From: Chlamydiae bacterium RIFCSPLOWO2_12_FULL_45_20
GTDB lineage: Bacteria > Chlamydiota > Chlamydiia > Chlamydiales > SM23-39
Length of the DNA: 64,000 bases
Direction: 5' to 3'
Assembly (NCBI GenBank): GCA_001796285.1
Contig: MGMD01000010.1
Span: 65,415 to 129,414, forward strand
The notes beneath the pieces are model-generated. The model was not told the DNA's origin. It saw only the letters and a program-made list of their open reading frames with translations, and did not search any database. The position numbers were made by a program, and so were the translations under genes. This document shows positions 39,401 through 49,588 of the stretch, piece after piece. Within the stretch, counting starts at the first letter, position 1. Every line of letters begins with the position of its first letter.

Positions 39401-40740
39401 GCTTGGGAGTAGGCTTTTTGGATCTGTTCCAGCCCATTTGCAGTTAAGAACAGCGATGGGTTAGTTTCTGTGGGCTGATGAATGACTAAGCTCAGCGCTT
39501 TTTCATCTGGAGAGAGGTTTTGGAACGTATGGGAGTTCACAATGGAAAGGCATTGAAGATCTTGATGCTTGGGTTGCCAGTTTGATTGAATATGGTCGAA
39601 AATATGTTCCGCTTGCTTCTTTCCAAATTCCTCTAGATTGAATAGAAGAAATCCAGAAGCCTCGGGTAAGTTGTGAAGGGCGATTGTATAAACACCTTCG
39701 TGGAAAGTTACCGTCTCACCGGAAAGGCGGGCCACCTTTGCCAGTTCATTAATGAGCGGCTGCTGTAAAAGAGCGGGATTGACATCAGGGTGAAGAGACA
39801 ATTGGATCTGAGATGTGTCAAGGTCGAGTACAATTTCTCTAAAAAACGGGTTTCGATCTCCAATTTCTAGCCGGCCAGATTTTTGTAGACCCTCTTTAAT
39901 GTCGTCGAAAGAGAAGGGGTCTAGACCCCGAGAAAAAAGCGCTTCATGATTTTTGAGATAGGTTTCAGCTTTGATGAGAGCTGCTTCATTTGGGGCCTGT
40001 CCAGAGTGCTGTTTGAGGGAATCACGGGTCTCATCAAATGCACGGATCAGGGCTTTAATGGCCATCGGGCGATCTTTAAAATGGCCTTGCGTAAAACTTG
40101 CTAAAAAGCGATTTGCAACGCTTTTTTGGCTTTCAGGAAACTGCATGGCGGCATGAATTTGGAAGGCGATCGCCTGCAAAGAGCTAGGGTTCAAAGTGTA
40201 TAGGGAAAAGGCTTGTTCGCTAGGTCCAGCAAGAGCAAAGGTGACCTGAGAGGCTCGATCGAGCAGGAAATCGTGGTAGAGCTTAGAGCCTTTTTTTGCG
40301 AAAGAAAAATGGTTTTTGCTGGAAGCGGCAGTGATTCTTTTTTGTACACGCACCTCTTTTAAACTTTCCTCCTGGGGAGCTAAGGTCAACTGAGCAGGAG
40401 CAAAGGGGATTAAGGAACCAGCCCTTGGGAGGAGTTTTCGGAATCTCGTAGCCTCTTCAGATTTGGCAAATGTGATGGTAAAATGGGATTCTTTTGACTG
40501 AATTTTTTCAGGCTTGACCCCGATCAAGGAGCAAAAAGATGCGATCCAATCCTTGGATTCCTCCTCTAGCTTGACAAGTCTTTTTTCAATAGAAGCTGCA
40601 ATTTCTTGCGCCTGCGTCTCTTCAACGGGAGACTTTAAGGGTTTCCCGTAATAAAAAAGGGTGGGCAAAATGTTATAAATCGTAAGAGCAACGACTGTGA
40701 GAATGAGGAACAGATGCCACTTCTTCTGCTTTTCCATCAA
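36493..40740 (-). CDS. secDF: fused protein translocase SecDF (chlamydial long form)
   Basis: GLDLSGG, GMAVDANVLVFER, GMDFTGG, GYSLNDTIIIFDRIRE. Confidence 0.93.
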   Translation of the reverse strand: MMEKQKKWHLFLILTVVALTIYNILPTLFYYGKPLKSPVEETQAQEIAASIEKRLVKLEEESKDWIASFCSLIGVKPEKIQSKESHFTITFAKSEEATRFRKLLPRAGSLIPFAPAQLTLAPQEESLKEVRVQKRITAASSKNHFSFAKKGSKLYHDFLLDRASQVTFALAGPSEQAFSLYTLNPSSLQAIAFQIHAAMQFPESQKSVANRFLASFTQGHFKDRPMAIKALIRAFDETRDSLKQHSGQAPNEAALIKAETYLKNHEALFSRGLDPFSFDDIKEGLQKSGRLEIGDRNPFFREIVLDLDTSQIQLSLHPDVNPALLQQPLINELAKVARLSGETVTFHEGVYTIALHNLPEASGFLLFNLEEFGKKQAEHIFDHIQSNWQPKHQDLQCLSIVNSHTFQNLSPDEKALSLVIHQPTETNPSLFLTANGLEQIQKAYSQAPDSDFATQFHSDVRSLITLLEESGYRPHQGQNQQIIFEKADFYQSLLAATREKFEVKGTRKYASLELSTLEHRLLTENRIDTEIHNDLIKWRDEYNAAQVNLHEGTNYTTPRPTKNIFLHNLLLSMKKIYRGDERKIIRWGLDLSGGKTVQVELRNANHQQVKNEADLKQGINELYNRVNKMGVSEVSIRTLGNTIVLDFPGSQSLCASELIKASSMYFHIVNEKFSSYDSPLATAAQAFLRDVWNEAVVTNQKDAESVHAIAYRHLHGQSISETARTLLDNGLLLAPPEHPSIDSSLDTTHSKVALLRPNSQWFGQTHPLLLVFNNYTLEGSQLGSVQSNYDPQKGNYLSFDVKRASTSKEGKKSNPRDDLQAWTSRFSKETVAGSSLDEYTRGRGWRMAVILNGSVISAPTLDAVIRDSASISGHFSQREVEVLVSDLKAGSLSFTPHILSEKNVSPELGHKDRTQGIVATAIALVLVIASMVAYYRFSGLIASIALLFNLLFLWATLQNIGATLSLAGIAGVILTVGMAVDANVLVFERFKEEFNTSKNVTLAIQASYKKAYSAIVDSNVTTIIAALILLNFDAGPIKGFALTLIIGIASSMFSALFMTRYYFVGWARRNQGKSLTMANWIRAKSIDFLKYGRLAMLTACVIILSGSVLVYIKRSSIFGMDFTGGFSLHLELQKNPEGNYLQNVENALLLAGAHPQDFQVRELTPSNHLRILFGTGMELAEKPFFQMPRENDHQTNPRADWVVAALSSQEMFLTTHSLENMEANWTSMSGQISDSMRNNALLGLLLACLCIFIYLAFRFEYKFATASILCVIHDVLITVAAIGILHAVGVPVQIDLNTVAAIMTIVGYSLNDTIIIFDRIREEMKFSENRSLSSMINHALNATLSRTTITSGTTLLVLVALVVFGGASIFSFALVMSIGVFLGTLSSWYIASPLMLFFHHQETPHPHFSHKPEKR

Positions 40741-40836
40741 GGGTCTTTGGTTTTAATAAGAGGTAGAAAACGTATAGCAAAAAAGTCCTCTGGAGTCAAC
40801 TTGATTTTCTTTTGCCTGCAGCATTAGGCACTATAA

Positions 40837-42922
<2,086 letters not shown>

Positions 42923-42923
42923 T

Positions 42924-43763
42924 ATGTCTGACTTAAATCGCAGATTGATCTCAGGAACTATCATAGGGGTGCTTGTCACTTGTCTTATCATTTTTGCGCT
43001 ACACCCTATTTTTCAATACGTTGTTGTAGTTTCTGTTGCAGCCATGGCGGGAGTGGCCATTTGGGAGTATGAGCAGTTCGTGAAAGCAAAAGGCTGGAAA
43101 ATGACTACGCCTGCGCTCATTATTCTTTCTGTATGTGAGGTTCTAGCTTTTTTTTTCTTTGCGAAGGATGCTGTCTTTAAAGGACTTCCTATTGCTGTTT
43201 TTTTCGCTGGATTTCTTATTCTTTTTGCTATGCATTTTAGAGAAAAAGAGGGGGCGATTGTCAATTTAGCCGTATCTGCGTTCGGCCTTGCTTATATCGC
43301 TGTTCCCGTGGGTATGATTCTCGGAATTCTTTACTTTCCTCACGATGATGGCCGTTTGTGGATTGCTTATCTGCTCGTTGTTACGAAAGTCACTGACATG
43401 GGCGCTTATTTTGGGGGGAATCTTTGGGGAAAACGCCAGCTTGCTCCTCGTATCAGTCCCAAAAAGACTGTTGAAGGGGCCGTTTGCGGACTTGTATGCG
43501 CTGTTTTGGCAAGTTTTGTTTTTTATCTTGTCGGCGAATCTACTAGGTCTTTTGAATGGAGCGGTTTTACCTGGCTCTTTTTAGGGTTAACGCTCGGCAT
43601 TGTCGGACAGCTTGGGGATCTTTCTGAGTCGCTTCTAAAACGAGATGCCCAGAAAAAAGATAGCAATGCTCTGCCTGGTCTAGGAGGTGTACTCGACTCC
43701 ATTGATTCGATCATTTTCAATGCAACGATTATTTTTGTTTATTTGTACTATGTGAACTTATGA
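42924..43763 (+). CDS. cdsA: phosphatidate cytidylyltransferase
   Basis: ISPKKTVEG, GDLSESLLKR, PGLGGVLD; multiple TM segments. Confidence 0.94.
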   Translation: MSDLNRRLISGTIIGVLVTCLIIFALHPIFQYVVVVSVAAMAGVAIWEYEQFVKAKGWKMTTPALIILSVCEVLAFFFFAKDAVFKGLPIAVFFAGFLILFAMHFREKEGAIVNLAVSAFGLAYIAVPVGMILGILYFPHDDGRLWIAYLLVVTKVTDMGAYFGGNLWGKRQLAPRISPKKTVEGAVCGLVCAVLASFVFYLVGESTRSFEWSGFTWLFLGLTLGIVGQLGDLSESLLKRDAQKKDSNALPGLGGVLDSIDSIIFNATIIFVYLYYVNL

Positions 43764-45073
43764 TTATCACTATCGACGGACCTTCAGGAACTGGGAAATC
43801 TACTGTAGCAAAAGGGATTGCAAAGCAGCTTAGCTATATGTTTTTTGACACTGGTGCCATGTATCGCTCTTTTGCTTGGCTTGTCATGAAAGAAGGCTTA
43901 GATCCTAAAGATCAAAACGCAGTGGAGGCAGCTCTTTTGAAGTTCCAGTTCGAGATGCAAAGAGATCAAAAACAATCGCGTATCTATTTTGTCAATGGAG
44001 AAGAGGTAACAGAAAAGATTCGTACGCAGCAAATTTCTTTGGCCGCTTCACAAGTAGCAGTTTACCCAAAGATCAGAGAGGCAATGGTCAAAATACAAAG
44101 AAAATTTGGCCATTCTGTTGATGCTGTATTTGAGGGAAGAGACATGGGGACCGTCGTATTTCCAGAAGCAGACCTAAAAATCTTTCTTACCGCAAAGCCT
44201 GAGGTGCGCGCTGAGAGAAGGTACCAAGAGCTTAAAAGAAAGTTCCCAGATGTCTCGATCCATTTCGATGAGATTCTCAAGGAAATTCAAGAAAGGGATG
44301 ATACCGATCAAACAAGGGCTGTTTCCCCTCTGAAAAAAGCAGAGGATGCTATTCTCATCGATACCTCTGATCTCACAGCTGCACAAGTCATCGACAAGAT
44401 CATTCGACTCTATAAGCCTCGTCAGAAATTCCCCAAGATGAAATGGTTTTATAAAATAGTGTATTGGTTAGCTCGATGGTTTTTTCAGTGTTTTTTTCGC
44501 CTTCGCATTTATGGCATTGAGCATTTCAGTCCAGGCGCTGCGGTCATTGTGGCGAATCACGCTTCCTTTATGGATCCGGCAGTTCTTTCGATTTCTTGCT
44601 TAGAGGAGGTCAGCTTTTTGGCAAAACAGTCTCTTTTTAAAGTTCCCTTGCTTGGGTTCATCATCCGGAAGTTAAACTCCTATCCTGTTGCCCAAGGTGC
44701 CTCTGATGCGGCCGTATTTCGCTTGATGATCGAGTTGCTTGGACAAGGAAAAAAACTGTTGCTATTCCCGGAGGGCCGGCGTTCTTCTGATGGACAGTTA
44801 TTGCCCTTGCAAAGAGGGTTGTCTTTCATTGTTCAAAAGGCGGGCTGCAGAGTGATTCCGGCTTACATCCAAGGAACGTTCGCAGCCTGGCCTCGCACGC
44901 GGAAATTCCCCAAACTTTTTGGGAAAATAACAGTAGTTTTTGGCTCCTCGATTGAGTATAAAGAGCTGGAGGACAAAACATCCTCTCGAGACCGGATTAC
45001 AGAAAAGACAGCGTATTCCATTCGCAGGCTTAAAGAGTGGCTGGAAAGAGGCGCAATTGGCATCCCTCCTTGA
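43760..45073 (+). CDS. cmk: cytidylate kinase fused to 1-acyl-sn-glycerol-3-phosphate acyltransferase (Cmk-PlsC)
   Basis: IDGPSGTGKST, DTGAMYR, EGRDMGT, then NHASFMD and FPEGRRS in the same frame. Confidence 0.9.
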   Translation: MIITIDGPSGTGKSTVAKGIAKQLSYMFFDTGAMYRSFAWLVMKEGLDPKDQNAVEAALLKFQFEMQRDQKQSRIYFVNGEEVTEKIRTQQISLAASQVAVYPKIREAMVKIQRKFGHSVDAVFEGRDMGTVVFPEADLKIFLTAKPEVRAERRYQELKRKFPDVSIHFDEILKEIQERDDTDQTRAVSPLKKAEDAILIDTSDLTAAQVIDKIIRLYKPRQKFPKMKWFYKIVYWLARWFFQCFFRLRIYGIEHFSPGAAVIVANHASFMDPAVLSISCLEEVSFLAKQSLFKVPLLGFIIRKLNSYPVAQGASDAAVFRLMIELLGQGKKLLLFPEGRRSSDGQLLPLQRGLSFIVQKAGCRVIPAYIQGTFAAWPRTRKFPKLFGKITVVFGSSIEYKELEDKTSSRDRITEKTAYSIRRLKEWLERGAIGIPP

Positions 45074-45156
45074 GATGTTTTGCCGTTTGGAAAAAAATAC
45101 CCTAACCATTAAACTGGACAGCGTCCAGTTAAAATAGGGAAAAATGAGGTAAAAAA

Positions 45157-45480
45157 ATGGCAGGAGAGAGCATTCGCCAATTCACCGATAGCGAATTTCA
45201 AAATCAGATCCAATCGGGCCTTGTCCTTGTGGATTTTCACGCTCATTGGTGCGGCCCTTGTAGAACATTGGCTCCTGTGTTAGATCAAGTAGCCAAAGAG
45301 CTAAAAGGCAAGGCGGTCATTGGTAAGGTAGACATTGATAGCGAGCAAAAAACGGCGGCACACTTTCAGATTACCTCTGTGCCTACTATGATCCTGTTTA
45401 AAAATGGAAAAGAGGTGGGTAGATTGGTCGGTCTGCGTACCGCTGAGGCTATAAAAGAATTTATCCGTTCAGAAATGTGA
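45157..45480 (+). CDS. trxA: thioredoxin
   Basis: WCGPC. Confidence 0.95.
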   Translation: MAGESIRQFTDSEFQNQIQSGLVLVDFHAHWCGPCRTLAPVLDQVAKELKGKAVIGKVDIDSEQKTAAHFQITSVPTMILFKNGKEVGRLVGLRTAEAIKEFIRSEM

Positions 45481-45493
45481 TGACAAACTCGAT

Positions 45494-45721
45494 ATGAGCC
45501 AGTTTCTAGGCATGACAATATTTTTAATTGTGGTGGCAGGTTTGCTTCTCCACGCGAGGGTGGAGCTCCCTTGGTACGCCAGTTGGATAGGACAGCTGCC
45601 TGGCGATTTGATCATACGCAAGCAGACAATAACGATCTATGCGCCCCTCACTTCGTCCCTGTTAATTAGCTTGGTGGTATCCTTCCTGCTTTCCTTGGCC
45701 TTTGGCAAGAGGTCATCTTAA
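45494..45721 (+). CDS. DUF2905 family small membrane protein
   Basis: IGQLPGDL..IYAPLTSSLLIS. Confidence 0.75.
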   Translation: MSQFLGMTIFLIVVAGLLLHARVELPWYASWIGQLPGDLIIRKQTITIYAPLTSSLLISLVVSFLLSLAFGKRSS

Positions 45722-46153
45722 ACAGTCTCTTAAGCCTTCATACAGAGCAATGCCCGCACAAGTGGCAAGATTTAGGCACCTAGCTCCTGATAACATAGGA
45801 ATTTTATAAAAGTGATCCGGATATTTTTCTAAAAATAGCTTGGGAAGACCTGATCTTTCTGAACCAAAAATCAGACACGATTCTTCTCTATAGGGCGCTT
45901 CGGTATAGCTTTTTTGTGCTTTACTAGAAAAAAAGAAAAAACTCTGCATCGTTTGCAAGAACGCTTCTAAATCGTCGATTTCTTGTATGTTGACTTCTGA
46001 CCAATAGTCAAGGCCTGCTCTTTTGAGATGCCTAGAATGGGTACTAAATCCTAAAGGGCGAACCAAGATAAGGTCTGTGCCAGTTACGGAACAGGTGCGG
46101 ACAATATTCCCTGTATTTTGTGGAATTTCAGGTTGAAAAAGGATAATTTTCAT
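45713..46153 (-). CDS. trmL: tRNA (cytidine/uridine-2'-O)-methyltransferase TrmL
   Basis: PEIPQNTGNI, KRAGLDYW, FGSERSGL, RCLNL. Confidence 0.92.
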   Translation of the reverse strand: MKIILFQPEIPQNTGNIVRTCSVTGTDLILVRPLGFSTHSRHLKRAGLDYWSEVNIQEIDDLEAFLQTMQSFFFFSSKAQKSYTEAPYREESCLIFGSERSGLPKLFLEKYPDHFYKIPMLSGARCLNLATCAGIALYEGLRDCLR

Positions 46154-46208
46154 TAGACCTCTTGCATCATTCAGGGTCTGTCGCTTTTCTGGTTCTTATG
46201 CAAGTCTA
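46154..46208. repeat. TA-flanked palindromic element filling the hisS-trmL spacer
   Basis: TAGACCTCTTGCAT...ATGCAAG(---)TCTA. Confidence 0.65.
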
Positions 46209-47504
46209 TTATTTCTCGCCAATGGTATAAGATGCCCTCAATTTGTTGCACAGATTCTCAAAGGAAACTTCCTCTTGCACTCTTGATTCCAGATCTTTCA
46301 GTTGTAATGTTTGTTTAGAAAGTTCTTCGCTCCCGATAATTGCCAAGAATTTTGTATGGAGACGGTTGGCGTTTTGCAGCGCTGACTGCACTTTTTGAGT
46401 ATGGAATTCAATATCTGCTGGAATGGCTGCGCGCCGAAGCTGTGTGACAAGAGAAAAGGCTGTTTTTAATGCTTCTTCTCCCATGGGGAAAAAATAAATA
46501 AGCGGTCGCTTTTCTGGAGGCAAAGAGGTGTCCTGTTTCAGCATTGTCTGGATGACTCTTTCTAGTCCTGTTGCAAAACCCACTGCAGGGAGGTCGGCCC
46601 CTCCAAAGGTTTTGATCAGTCCGTCAAATCTACCGCCCGCACCGATCGTATTTTGCGCCCCAAGATCGTCTGCAAGGATTTCAAAGACGGTTTTTTGATA
46701 GTAATCGAGTCCGCGCACGATTTTATCGTCAATAACATAAGGAATTTCAATCCTTTCCAAAGCAGCGCATACCTTTTGAAAGTGCGTTGCCGAGGCTTCT
46801 CCAAGGTAATCTAAGATGGAGGGAGCTTTTTGCAGAATCTCTCGATCTTGTGGATTTTTAGAGTCCAAAATACGCAAAGGATTTTTTTCAAAGCGAGTTT
46901 GACTCTCTTCCGATAGCTTCGAGAAATGCGGCTCCAAGTAGGCTAAAAGCGCATTTTTGAAAGCTCCTCGCGATTCAAGATCTCCAACAGTGTTGATATG
47001 CACTCTAAGATTTTTCAGGCCAAGTTTTTGATAAAACTGCCAGAGAAGATCGATCACCTCGGCGTCTTGCTCGGGACAGCTATTTCCAATCGCTTCGACG
47101 CCAAACTGATGGTGCTGTCGATATCTGCCCGATTGAGGCCTTTCATAGCGAAACATCGGCCCAGTGTAAAACAATTTATGCACGGGCCCTAGGTTGGCTA
47201 GGCGATTTTCAATAAATGCGCGCATAACTGATGATGTCCCTTCGGGACGAAGCGTCATCAGCCTTCCCCCTTTGTCTTCAAAGGTGAACATTTCTTTGGT
47301 TACAATGTCCGAAGTAGTGCCCACTCCGCGATCAAAAAGTCCTGATGCCTCGTAGATGGGCGTGCGGATCTCTCGATAGCCAAATGCAAAGGAAACCTCC
47401 CGCAAAGCAGTTTCCACAAATTGCCACATTTCAGACAGACGCCACCGCTCTTCTGTGCCGTAAGGTATAATATCAAACGTCCCCTTCGGGATCTGGTATT
47501 TCAT
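46209..47504 (-). CDS. hisS: histidine--tRNA ligase
   Basis: LRPEGT, FRYERPQSGRYRQH, VRGLDYY, GGRFDGL. Confidence 0.97.
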   Translation of the reverse strand: MKYQIPKGTFDIIPYGTEERWRLSEMWQFVETALREVSFAFGYREIRTPIYEASGLFDRGVGTTSDIVTKEMFTFEDKGGRLMTLRPEGTSSVMRAFIENRLANLGPVHKLFYTGPMFRYERPQSGRYRQHHQFGVEAIGNSCPEQDAEVIDLLWQFYQKLGLKNLRVHINTVGDLESRGAFKNALLAYLEPHFSKLSEESQTRFEKNPLRILDSKNPQDREILQKAPSILDYLGEASATHFQKVCAALERIEIPYVIDDKIVRGLDYYQKTVFEILADDLGAQNTIGAGGRFDGLIKTFGGADLPAVGFATGLERVIQTMLKQDTSLPPEKRPLIYFFPMGEEALKTAFSLVTQLRRAAIPADIEFHTQKVQSALQNANRLHTKFLAIIGSEELSKQTLQLKDLESRVQEEVSFENLCNKLRASYTIGEK

Positions 47505-47531
47505 CGGATCTATTATAGGCAAACGATAAGA

Positions 47532-48128
47532 CTATTGCAAGAGCGACGAAATGTCGTTAATAAGACGCGTCCATTCTGTAAGCGCACTTTCTGCGGGGTT
47601 TTTTTCATGCTCCCGATGAAGATTTTGGATCAGTTCCATGTAGGGAAAAGGAACCCACTTTTGCCCTGCGTATTCTGTCAGATAGTAGCCAAATGAATGG
47701 GGAAGGTTTTGTGGATAATGGAGAATTTTTTTCACCAAAAGGCGAAATTTTTCTTCGACCTCTTTTTGTTTAAAGGAAAGACTATCTTCCATAAGAGCGG
47801 ACCAGATGAGGGAAAGCTCGTTTAGAAATCGCACGTCCTCCGAGCGGTTCTCGGTTTTTAAAATTTCTAAAGCTGCCTGCAGGGCAGCTAAAGGGTTGCC
47901 AACGCCTTTTGCGTGTTGATGTGCCTCTAAAAAAAAATCGACCGTTTTTTGGAAGAGATGTACTACGTAAGCCGTAAACTTTAAGCGAGTCCTTGGGGGT
48001 TCCTCATCGTCCGGAGGCTTAGGAACTTCTCCTTTAGTCTGTCTTTCTCCAATAGGTTCCACGCGGTATTTTTCAAATGGGTCTAGTGGATCTGGGCCTA
48101 TAGGAGCGCTATACTGAACGTGATTCAA
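47532..48128 (-). CDS. hypothetical protein
   Basis: 198-aa ORF co-oriented with hisS. Confidence 0.65.
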   Translation of the reverse strand: MNHVQYSAPIGPDPLDPFEKYRVEPIGERQTKGEVPKPPDDEEPPRTRLKFTAYVVHLFQKTVDFFLEAHQHAKGVGNPLAALQAALEILKTENRSEDVRFLNELSLIWSALMEDSLSFKQKEVEEKFRLLVKKILHYPQNLPHSFGYYLTEYAGQKWVPFPYMELIQNLHREHEKNPAESALTEWTRLINDISSLLQ

Positions 48129-48247
48129 ATCATTATACCAGTTAACTATTCCTCATACTATTTGAAAAGACCTTTTTGTTGACAGAAGGGAATCGGTGCT
48201 TTACTCTAAAAGCTTTTCCAACCCCGGATCCCAAGGAGAGGACCCTC

Positions 48248-49588
48248 GTGTCTGTTTTGGATGTGTTCAAACCTGCCCCAGCCATAGACGAAATCCAAGA
48301 TCCAAATCTCATAAAAAAAAAGTATAAATATTGGCGGATCCGCACATTTTATGCGATGTGGGCGGGCTATGCTTTTTACTACTTCACCAGGAAGAGCTTC
48401 ACCTTTGCCATGCCCCTCATGCAAAGCGAATTGGGGCTCGGCAAGTTCGAACTCGGCCTTTTGGGAAGCATTCTTTATCTTTCCTATGGAGCCAGCAAGT
48501 TTTTAAGCGGAATGTTAGGGGATCGATCGAATCCTCGCTATTTCATGTCCATCGGGCTGATTTTGACAGGCGTTTTCAACATTTTTTTCGGGATGTCTTC
48601 AGCGTTTTGGGCATTTGCTCTTTTTTGGGGGTTGAACGGGGTTTTCCAGGGCTGGGGGTGGCCAGGATGCGCTAAACTGCTAACTCACTGGTACTCTCAA
48701 TCAGAAAGGGGGAGATGGTGGAGCATGTGGAATACATCTCATAACATCGGCGGTTCTGTGATCCCTCTCCTTGTCGCCACCTGCGCTGTCTATTATGGAT
48801 GGAGAATGGCTATGTACATCCCAGGGATGATTTGCATTTTGGCGGGACTTTTTGTTATGAATCGTTTAAGAGATACCCCCGTATCCATGGGGCTTCCCTC
48901 TATAGAAAGGTTTCGGGGGGATGAGATGCACTCTGGGTCTACGAAAAAAAGTGGCCATCTCTCCCCCAAAGAGCTTCTTTTCGAGTATGTCATTAAAAAT
49001 CGGTATATTTGGCTCCTTGCAGCCGCTTACTTTCTAATCTATGTGATTAGAACCGCTGTGAATGATTGGAGTATGGTTTATCTCATTGAAGTCAAGCATT
49101 ACACGATGAAGGAAGCGGGTATTTGCCTGTTTTGGTTTGAATGGGGAGGTCTGTTCGGAAGCCTGACTGCCGGCTGGGCGTCTGATTTGCTGTTTGGTGG
49201 GAGAAGAAATCCCATCAATGTCATTTTTACTCTTGGGATTCTAGCTCTCATCTTTGCTTTTGGAGTGAGTGATAATTCTTCTGTGCTTTTAAACGCAGTC
49301 TATATTTTTCTCTTTGGCTTTTTTATTTTTGGACCCCAAATGCTCATTGGTATGGCTGCAGCAGAGCTCTCTCACAAAAATGCTACGGCTACCGCTACGG
49401 GCTTTGTGGGTTGTTTTGCCTATCTCGGTGCAGCGGCGGCTGGAGCTCCGCTTGGCGCTATTGCTCAGACTTGGGGATGGGATATGTATCTAATGACTCT
49501 ATTTATTTGCGGAGTTCTTGGGGCTCTTATTCTCCTCCCCCTTTGGTCCATTCGCTCTAACCCCAAAGAAGTTGCAGCGCCAGCATGA
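48248..49588 (+). CDS. uhpC: MFS hexose-phosphate transporter (UhpC/GlpT family)
   Basis: YYFTRKS, ERGRWWSMWNTSHNIGG, GPQMLIG; GTG start after AAGGAGAGG. Confidence 0.9.
   Translation: MSVLDVFKPAPAIDEIQDPNLIKKKYKYWRIRTFYAMWAGYAFYYFTRKSFTFAMPLMQSELGLGKFELGLLGSILYLSYGASKFLSGMLGDRSNPRYFMSIGLILTGVFNIFFGMSSAFWAFALFWGLNGVFQGWGWPGCAKLLTHWYSQSERGRWWSMWNTSHNIGGSVIPLLVATCAVYYGWRMAMYIPGMICILAGLFVMNRLRDTPVSMGLPSIERFRGDEMHSGSTKKSGHLSPKELLFEYVIKNRYIWLLAAAYFLIYVIRTAVNDWSMVYLIEVKHYTMKEAGICLFWFEWGGLFGSLTAGWASDLLFGGRRNPINVIFTLGILALIFAFGVSDNSSVLLNAVYIFLFGFFIFGPQMLIGMAAAELSHKNATATATGFVGCFAYLGAAAAGAPLGAIAQTWGWDMYLMTLFICGVLGALILLPLWSIRSNPKEVAAPA

Noticed and set aside
36493-40740. novel fusions implied by the unusually long SecDF (and PBP2 at 993-3863)
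   Set aside because: Long forms are the norm in Chlamydiae.
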